Origin: an uncultured Kiritimatiellota bacterium
Lineage (GTDB): Bacteria; Verrucomicrobiota; Kiritimatiellia; RFP12; DVOR01
Direction: 5' to 3'
NCBI GenBank assembly: GCA_944391065.1
Contig: CALXSH010000002.1
Coordinates: forward strand, 7,755-71,754
Length of the DNA: 64,000 bases
In this document: in pieces, positions 58,055 to 64,000 of the stretch
How positions within the stretch are numbered: position 1 is the stretch's first letter
How the letters are laid out: the number at the start of each line of letters is the position of its first letter
Position numbers and translations under genes: made by a program
Notes under the pieces: generated by a model
The model's input: the letters and a program-made list of their open reading frames with translations, nothing else
Databases searched by the model: none
Told to the model about the DNA's origin: nothing

Positions 58055-59422
58055 ATGGAGCTTAGCCCTCTGACTGCGGTTTCCCCGATTGACGGCCGTT
58101 ATGCCGACAAGACAGCCCCCCTGCGCGACATCTTCTCCGAATACGGCCTGATTGAACGCCGCGTGAAGACCGAAATCGCTTGGTTGCTCGCCCTCTGCGA
58201 CGAACCCGGCCTGCCCGAGACGGGCACGCTGACCGCGGACGAACGCGCCGCGCTCCAGGCCATCGCCGACAACTTCAGCCTGGAAAACGCCCAGCGCGTC
58301 AAAACCATCGAGGCCACGACCCGCCACGACGTCAAGGCTGTCGAGTACTTCATCCGCGAGAGCCTCCCCGAGAGCTGCACGCGCCTGAGCGAATTCATCC
58401 ACTTCGCCTGCACCTCCGAGGACATCAACAATGTCTCCCACGCCCTCCAGCTCATCGACGGTGTCAGGGTCCTCCGCGCCGCCCAGAAAAAGCTCGAGGA
58501 AACGCTGGCGGCCCTTTCCGACGAGACCATCGCCCTGCCGATGCTGGCGCACACCCACGGCCAGCCTGCCAGCCCGACAACCCTCGGCAAGGAACTGGCC
58601 GTCTTTGTCCATCGTCTCCGCCGTCAGGCCGCCCAGGTGGAGGCCGTCGTCTCTGCCCTCCCCGCGAAGATGAGCGGTGCCGTCGGCAACTACAACGCCC
58701 ACGTCGCCGCCGCTCCCGATGTCGACTGGCCTGCCTTCTCCCGCCGCGTCATTGAATCCCTCGGCCTCGTCCAGAATCCCTACACGACCCAGATTGAGAG
58801 TCACGACGGCATGGCCGAGCTCTTCGACGCCATGATTCGCTGGAATACGGTCCTCCTCGACCTTGACCGCGACATCTGGACCTACGTCTCCATGCGCTAT
58901 CTCAAGCAGAAAGCCGTGGCCGGCGAGGTCGGTTCCTCCACCATGCCGCACAAGATCAATCCGATTGACTTCGAGAACTCCGAAGGTAACCTTGGCTTGG
59001 CTAATGCCATCCTCGGTCATCTCGCCGTCAAGCTGCCCGTCAGCCGTCTGCAACGTGACCTGACCGACTCCACGACCATTCGCAACATCGGCGCGGGCTT
59101 CGCCTACACCCTGATCGCCGTTGCCTCCACGCTCCGCGGTCTGGGCCGCATCTCGCCTAGCACCGAGGCGCTGGCCGCCGACCTCGACCACGCATGGGAG
59201 GTCCTGGCCGAACCCATCCAGACCGTGATGCGCCGCTACGGTGTCCCTGAGGCCTACGAGAAGCTCAAAACCCTCACCCGCGGCCATGCGATGTCGGCCG
59301 AGACCATACACGCCTTTATCGATACGCTGACGGAGATTCCCGAAGCCGACCGTGCCCGACTCAAGGGCATGAAGCCCGCTGACTACATTGGTCTGGCCGC
59401 CGGAATGAAGCTGCCGCGCTGA
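58055..59422 (+). CDS. purB: Adenylosuccinate lyase
   Basis: SPIDGRY N-terminal motif; fumarate lyase signature (GSSTMPHKINP). Confidence 0.9.
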   Translation: MELSPLTAVSPIDGRYADKTAPLRDIFSEYGLIERRVKTEIAWLLALCDEPGLPETGTLTADERAALQAIADNFSLENAQRVKTIEATTRHDVKAVEYFIRESLPESCTRLSEFIHFACTSEDINNVSHALQLIDGVRVLRAAQKKLEETLAALSDETIALPMLAHTHGQPASPTTLGKELAVFVHRLRRQAAQVEAVVSALPAKMSGAVGNYNAHVAAAPDVDWPAFSRRVIESLGLVQNPYTTQIESHDGMAELFDAMIRWNTVLLDLDRDIWTYVSMRYLKQKAVAGEVGSSTMPHKINPIDFENSEGNLGLANAILGHLAVKLPVSRLQRDLTDSTTIRNIGAGFAYTLIAVASTLRGLGRISPSTEALAADLDHAWEVLAEPIQTVMRRYGVPEAYEKLKTLTRGHAMSAETIHAFIDTLTEIPEADRARLKGMKPADYIGLAAGMKLPR

Positions 59423-59497
59423 TGCCGCGGCTCCGCCAAGGCAGCGGGGGCCCGGCATCGCCGGCCCCCGCGCGCTTTTCAGGGAGGTGCCCTCTCC

Positions 59498-60592
59498 ATG
59501 ATGTCGATGTTGGTGACGCTCTCCGTCTGCGCCGCGGCGCTGGTCTCCGCAGGGCTGGTTTGGCCGCTGACAGGGTCCAAACTCCTCGCGGCCGTTGTCT
59601 GGCTGGCGCTCGCGCTTCTGCTGCAGTACCGTACGGCTCTGCAGTTTGGCGGACTCCATGCCATCATCTCCCCTGACGGCGTGCCGGCCTGGGCCGTTGT
59701 CTTCTTTCTCTGGACGGAGGCCTTCGTCCTGGCCGCGGCTGCGCTGACCGTGCCCTACTGGGTGCTCCGCCTTTGCCACGTGCCCCTTCCGGGGTGGGGA
59801 CCCGCCGCACCGCTGGCGCTTGCCGCCGTCTTCGGTATCTTCACGTTGTGGCAGGGCAAACGTCTCCCCGTCGTGCGTGAGGAGACCCTCCTCCTCCGTG
59901 ACCTCCCTGCCGAAGCCGAGGGCCTACGCGTGGCCGTCGTGGCCGACCTTCACCTTGACCAATGGGTCGGGCGCCGTCATGCCGAGGCCTTTGTGCGGCA
60001 ACTCAATGAACTCAGGCCTGACCTGGTCCTCTTCACCGGTGACCAATGTGACGGTACGCTTGCCAACCGCCGTGAAGCCCTGGCCCCTCTGGCCGATATC
60101 GAGGCCCCCTGCTTCGCCGTCAGCGGCAACCACGAATGGTACTTCGACGGGAAGAGCCTGCTGGCGGAGTACGAGGCGCTCGGCCTTCGGATGCTGGAGG
60201 GGCGCAAGGTCACCTTCCGCGGCCTGACTCTCATCGGCGTGCCTGATCAGGCCAAGCTCGTCAGCGATGCCAATGACGGCCTTCTCGCTTCTCTCTGCGC
60301 CGACCTGCCCCAAGGGGCCTGTACCATCCTCCTCTCCCACAAACCCCGAATCGCTCGCCATGCCGATGGCCTCGGCATCGATCTCCAGCTCTCCGGCCAC
60401 ACCCACGGCGGTCAATTCCCCCTGATGGACCGCCTCATTGCCCGTTACAACGGCGGCCTCGTCCGCGGTTGGTACACAATGCCGCGGGGCCTGAGGCTCC
60501 TCGTCGCCCCCGGCAGCGGCACGTGGATCGGATTCCCCTTCCGCTTCTGGCCGGTGACGTTGCCCGTCCTCACGCTGCGGCGGGCCCCGTAA
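59498..60592 (+). CDS. Membrane-anchored metallophosphoesterase (calcineurin-like)
   Basis: Four N-terminal TM helices then DLHLD ... GDQ ... GNHE ... GHTH phosphoesterase motifs. Confidence 0.75.
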   Translation: MMSMLVTLSVCAAALVSAGLVWPLTGSKLLAAVVWLALALLLQYRTALQFGGLHAIISPDGVPAWAVVFFLWTEAFVLAAAALTVPYWVLRLCHVPLPGWGPAAPLALAAVFGIFTLWQGKRLPVVREETLLLRDLPAEAEGLRVAVVADLHLDQWVGRRHAEAFVRQLNELRPDLVLFTGDQCDGTLANRREALAPLADIEAPCFAVSGNHEWYFDGKSLLAEYEALGLRMLEGRKVTFRGLTLIGVPDQAKLVSDANDGLLASLCADLPQGACTILLSHKPRIARHADGLGIDLQLSGHTHGGQFPLMDRLIARYNGGLVRGWYTMPRGLRLLVAPGSGTWIGFPFRFWPVTLPVLTLRRAP

Positions 60593-60642
60593 AATCGGGT
60601 GGCCCTCTTGCGGGAGCGGTCGGCCTTTGGTAGGGTAAGCGC

Positions 60643-62499
60643 ATGAAAGCGTATTTACTGACAGTGCTGATGATAACCGGACTGTTCGCGGCGGGGACGG
60701 CATCCGCTCAGGGCGGCAGGGCGTCGGCCGCACTTACGCCCGATGCGGCGAAGGATCGGCTCGAAGAGGTCCTCAAGAAGAGCGATTATACGTTTACCTC
60801 CGCCGTCCGCAAGGCTTACATTGACTATGCCGTGGCAGTGACCCGGGCCAAGTACGGCCCGAATAAAATCAATGACCGTACGTGGGCCTGGCTGATGCAG
60901 CGCCCGCAGGTGCTTTCGGCCGCCGCTGCGGCGGATTATCCGGTCGAGCCCAATATCCTGCTCAATTTCCAGCGGCTCTGTCTTGCGCTCGGGCAGCAGA
61001 ATGCCGACCGGTGGCGCCAGCTGGCGCTGGCTTATGCCATCCGCTACCGCGATACGCTTTTCCCGATTGACCGGGTGGACGAAGAATGGGACCCGGCCCG
61101 CCTTGAACGTGCGGTCTCGCAGAAACGCGGCAAGGGCGGCGACTTCGTTTTTCAGACAGAGGATGATCTGCCGGAGGCGACCGATGAGGAAAAAGCGCTC
61201 GGTGCGTGGGTCGCCAAGCCGCCGCCGATCAACTACTACCGCGAGAAGCCGACGATCCCTGAGCTGATGCAGATGCCGGTCTCCGAAATCAACATGGTCA
61301 CGCGCATGAAGCCGACCGATCCCCAGCTCATCACCAAGTTCCCGGACTGGGAAAAGGTCGCGCTGTGGGGGCGGCTTTACCCGGTTTACTTTGACTGCAC
61401 GCCGACGCCGCAGCGGGCCATCCTGATGAAGATATTCCGGAATGGCCGCATCCCCGGCAAGACCAACCGCCCGAACTTCAGAATGGCGGAGGCTGAATGG
61501 CCTATCCTGCTTTATCTGGCAGACCTCGACGAGATTGACGAAACGAGCTTTATCTTCGGGTGGTTCGTGTCAAACAAGGCCGTCCCGCCGACTGGGCTCG
61601 GCGAAACCAAGACCTTCGGCGGTTCGGGCGAGATGACGCCCGACGACCTCAACTTTCGTTATGCCGGCAGCAATTGGAACCCCAAGAAATTCATCCGCAT
61701 CTACAACGGCATCAAAAAGGATCAGGGCGGACGCAGCTGGGCTTGGTGTATGCGGGCCCTCAACGTAGCGGCCACCGAGGTCAATGCCCCGCCGGACGGC
61801 AAATTTTATTACATGGGCGGCAAGGGCAATTATACCTATTACATGCAGTGCGCGGACAATTCGTTTACGGGGCAGGGCTCTACGGCGCGTTGGGCACTTG
61901 ACAGAGTGGAGACGGTCGATCCGACGCAGCCTGCCCGCGGCGATGTGCCGCATACGCACTTCATGGGCTTGGCCATGACGGTCAATCAGGGCCTTGAGGC
62001 GTATGAGAATGCCCGGATGGCGATCTTCGTCATGCAGCTTTTCAACCTGCCGACGGTGCGTCGGATTTCAATGCTGGAATCGGTCTTTATGGAAAATCCC
62101 CTCAATGGGGACGTGCTTTATCTGCTGGCAGCCGAATACCGGAGGCAGAGCGATGCCAAGGCGACGCTGAAGATGTTGGCCGCAGCCCGCGCCTACGCGG
62201 CCAAGACCGTCAAGCTCCCCGTGACCTCCGGCAAGGCCGGGGCCGGCCGGGCTTCGATGCAGAAGATCATGAAGAGCGATTCGGTCTCAATGATGGACGT
62301 CGAAAATGTGCCCGTGGGGGTCTCGCCGTGGTTTTTCCTCGTCTGCAACGACATTGCCGTGCAGTATCTTCGGGACTGCGGCAGGGCAGATAAGGGGCTT
62401 TTTGCCGATGAGCTGGCCTATGAGAACCGGGCTGTCGGCGGCAACGGGGATGCTCCGCTTCAGCGGGCCTTGGAGACGCTTGGCGGTTTGGTCCGCTGA
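60643..62499 (+). CDS. Secreted hypothetical protein (618 aa) of unknown function
   Basis: Signal peptide MKAYLLTVLMITGLFAAGTASAQG; aromatic-rich; no recognisable catalytic motif. Confidence 0.5.
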   Translation: MKAYLLTVLMITGLFAAGTASAQGGRASAALTPDAAKDRLEEVLKKSDYTFTSAVRKAYIDYAVAVTRAKYGPNKINDRTWAWLMQRPQVLSAAAAADYPVEPNILLNFQRLCLALGQQNADRWRQLALAYAIRYRDTLFPIDRVDEEWDPARLERAVSQKRGKGGDFVFQTEDDLPEATDEEKALGAWVAKPPPINYYREKPTIPELMQMPVSEINMVTRMKPTDPQLITKFPDWEKVALWGRLYPVYFDCTPTPQRAILMKIFRNGRIPGKTNRPNFRMAEAEWPILLYLADLDEIDETSFIFGWFVSNKAVPPTGLGETKTFGGSGEMTPDDLNFRYAGSNWNPKKFIRIYNGIKKDQGGRSWAWCMRALNVAATEVNAPPDGKFYYMGGKGNYTYYMQCADNSFTGQGSTARWALDRVETVDPTQPARGDVPHTHFMGLAMTVNQGLEAYENARMAIFVMQLFNLPTVRRISMLESVFMENPLNGDVLYLLAAEYRRQSDAKATLKMLAAARAYAAKTVKLPVTSGKAGAGRASMQKIMKSDSVSMMDVENVPVGVSPWFFLVCNDIAVQYLRDCGRADKGLFADELAYENRAVGGNGDAPLQRALETLGGLVR

Positions 62500-62523
62500 A
62501 ACGCGTTGCAGCGGAAATGCAAA

Positions 62524-62560
62524 GACGGGCTGCGGCATCCGCAGCCCGTCTGCTTTTCCG
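62524..62560 (+). terminator. Rho-independent terminator after the 618-aa gene
   Basis: AGACGGGCTGCGG-CATC-CGCAGCCCGTCT followed by GCTTTTCC. Confidence 0.65.
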
Positions 62561-62580
62561 GCGTGACACGCGGAGGCGTG

Positions 62581-62952
62581 TCAGTGGCCGAAGGGAATGA
62601 CGCGCCAGACCGGATCTCCGGGGCCAACCGCCTCGCTGCGGACGAGGTGCCTGTGACTGTCAAACCGGAGGCGCCGTCCGGCGAGAGAGGTCTCGGTCCG
62701 GCCTATCTGAAAGAGCATCAGACCGCTGTAACTGACTTTGACGCTTCCGCCTTCCGTGGAGGTGCCGATCCAGATGCCTTCCTCGCTTCCGTCCGGAAGA
62801 CGCCGGTATGCCGCCGGATTGCCCAGCTTTCGGACAGCCTCGGCGTAGGGCGTGCCGGCCGGGAGATCATACAGGTCCGGCCCGAACCGGCGGACGGTGC
62901 AGCCCGCCAGACCAAGGAGCGCACAGAGCAGCAGGGGGAGACAGCGGCTCAT
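62581..62952 (-). CDS. SmpA/OmlA (BamE-like) domain small lipoprotein, paralogue C
   Basis: Lipoprotein signal LLGLAGC; motif PAGTPYAEAVRKLGNP resembling the BamE G-T-x-x-E-V-xx-LG-xP core; start overlaps the upstream stop (ATGA). Confidence 0.55.
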   Translation of the reverse strand: MSRCLPLLLCALLGLAGCTVRRFGPDLYDLPAGTPYAEAVRKLGNPAAYRRLPDGSEEGIWIGTSTEGGSVKVSYSGLMLFQIGRTETSLAGRRLRFDSHRHLVRSEAVGPGDPVWRVIPFGH

Positions 62953-63364
62953 CGGGCAATCTCCCGGTATTCCAGCACTTCGCAGCCCTCCCCGAGATCC
63001 CGGACGCGGGAGAGATGGGTGACGCGGCCTTCGGCGTCAAAGCGGATCAGGATGTCGTGGCTCAGACGGGTCCGGGTGTATTCGAAGGTCGGGGTGACGA
63101 TGTAGCCGAAATCGAGACGGTAGCTTCGCGTGTCCAGGGCAATGTAATGGAGGCTGTCGGCGGAAATGTAGGCCGGGACGTCGTCGGCTTTGCCCACGGG
63201 CGGCGGCAGCCCGAGCCTCTTCACGACCTCCCGGAAGGTTGTCTCTCCGGAACGATCCACGCCGTGTCAAGCCGCGCGACGGCGTCATTGGCGGACGTCC
63301 GCGCGATTCTGCATCCGGCGGCGGTCAGCATCAGCGGGAGGAGTAGGAGGCTTCCGCGCATCAT
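62949..63364 (-). pseudogene. SmpA/OmlA-like lipoprotein paralogue B, split by a 1-nt frameshift at a G-run (about 63247-63250)
   Basis: Signal peptide ORF MMRGSLLLLPLMLTAAGC...LDTAWIVP (63364 to about 63222) and body ORF (GTG 63260 to 62949) SGETTFREVVKRLGLPP in the next frame; restoring one G (CCGG to CCGGG) gives ...AWIVPGETTFREV matching paralogue A ...AVVPGKTTAAEL. Confidence 0.55.
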
Positions 63365-63765
63365 TCCGCTCCGAAGGGCCAAAATTCCCATGGCAACTCC
63401 TCCTCCTTTGGGGAGGTGTGGATCGATTCGACGACGCCGTCGGCACCGATGACGGCGTAAATGGCCGAGAAGTAGGAGTTTGTCCGCGTCAGCGTCACGA
63501 TCAGAAGGGAGAGCCCCTCCGTCTTGGCGTCACCGTAGCCGAAGGAGCAGAGTGTCCGGCCGTCGCTCAGCGGGACGGTCGCTCCCGGCATCGCGCCAAG
63601 GATGCGGCTCAGTTCGGCGGCCGTAGTTTTGCCGGGTACGACGGCTGCTGCGCGGTCACGGATCGTGGGATCGTTGACGCGGGTTCGGTTCCAGATGCAG
63701 CCGCCGAGGAGAATGGGCAGGACTAGGAGCAACGGGAGGAGCGGGGATTTCATGAACGTTTCCAA
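63361..63765 (-). CDS. SmpA/OmlA (BamE-like) domain small lipoprotein, paralogue A
   Basis: Lipoprotein signal ILLGGC; motif PGKTTAAELSRILGAMP; stop overlaps the start of paralogue B (ATGATG). Confidence 0.55.
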   Translation of the reverse strand: METFMKSPLLPLLLVLPILLGGCIWNRTRVNDPTIRDRAAAVVPGKTTAAELSRILGAMPGATVPLSDGRTLCSFGYGDAKTEGLSLLIVTLTRTNSYFSAIYAVIGADGVVESIHTSPKEEELPWEFWPFGAE

Positions 63766-63780
63766 TGCGGATCGGCGCCG

Positions 63781-63813
63781 ATAAACGCGCGGGAGGCCGC
63801 TATGGCCTCCCGC
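63781..63813 (-). terminator. Hairpin downstream of carB (minus strand)
   Basis: GCGGGAGGCC-GCTAT-GGCCTCCCGC perfect 10-bp stem; weak U-tract (GCGUUUAU) on the minus strand. Confidence 0.4.
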
Positions 63814-63835
63814 ATGTCTGCCTCGGGCTCAGGGT

Positions 63836-64000
63836 TTAATAACGGATGGAGGCGTGGTATTCCTGAATCGATTCCACCTCTCCGCTGCCTTCGTTGCGGC
63901 GGGCGGCGATGCCCTTGACGGACATATCCGCGGCGGCCAGCGTCGTCATGTAGGGAATGTGGTGCTTGAGGGCAGCCTTGCGGATGGAGGCCCCATCGGC
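63836..64000 (-). CDS. carB: Carbamoyl-phosphate synthase large subunit, C-terminal end (partial, continues beyond the window)
   Basis: Manual translation of the minus strand gives ...ADGASIRKAALKHHIPYMTTLAAA...VESIQEYHASIRY*, matching the CarB MGS-like C-terminus. Confidence 0.7.
   Translation of the reverse strand, partial: ADGASIRKAALKHHIPYMTTLAAADMSVKGIAARRNEGSGEVESIQEYHASIRY

Overview
High-GC (about 64-65%) chromosomal window with dense, conserved housekeeping content. No transposase, integrase or CRISPR signal is visible. Gene content and order suggest a PVC-superphylum-like diderm (Verrucomicrobia- or Kiritimatiellae-like); this guess is low confidence. Evidence: a V/A-type ATPase operon in the E-hyp-A-B-D-I-K order, BamA-Skp, TatA, a bacterial hexokinase-family gene, and a group-B-like [FeFe] hydrogenase. 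Recognisable units in order: (1) secG-rpoZ-smpB-tatA-coaD-yceD-rpmF-plsX-fabD-fabG-acpP; (2) dnaB-bamA-skp-hisI, then hisH-hisF-hyp, prlC and a DUF45 peptidase; (3) a long minus-strand array (31.1 to 15.9 kb) lemA, two-TM protein, ymdB, dinG-like, recN, aroK/aroB fusion, hexokinase, AddB-like nuclease, ahbAB-like siroheme decarboxylase, thioredoxin-like lipoprotein; (4) V-type ATPase operon; (5) minus-strand OMF-ppiB and clpC; (6) minus-strand tRNA array Met(CAT)-Asn(GTT)-Asn(GTT) beside a frameshifted TRL-like lipoprotein; (7) macA-macB(ATPase)-macB(permease); (8) a 4x tandem palindromic repeat array and near-consensus sigma70 promoter upstream of a thioredoxin-like 2Fe-2S ferredoxin plus [FeFe]-hydrogenase-like gene; (9) rpmH-rnpA-yidD-yidC; (10) valS (minus), tRNA-Leu(TAA)-grpE-dnaJ-purB, a membrane metallophosphoesterase and a 618-aa secreted unknown protein; (11) three tandem, translationally coupled SmpA/OmlA(BamE)-like lipoprotein paralogues, the middle one frameshifted, and the 3' end of carB. 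Most long ORFs in the six-frame track that lie antisense to these genes are high-GC artefacts. The most unusual items are the hydrogenase locus with its operator-like repeat array, the AddB-like/ahbAB/thioredoxin operon, the lemA-associated membrane protein, the lipoprotein paralogue triplet and the two frameshifted lipoprotein genes.
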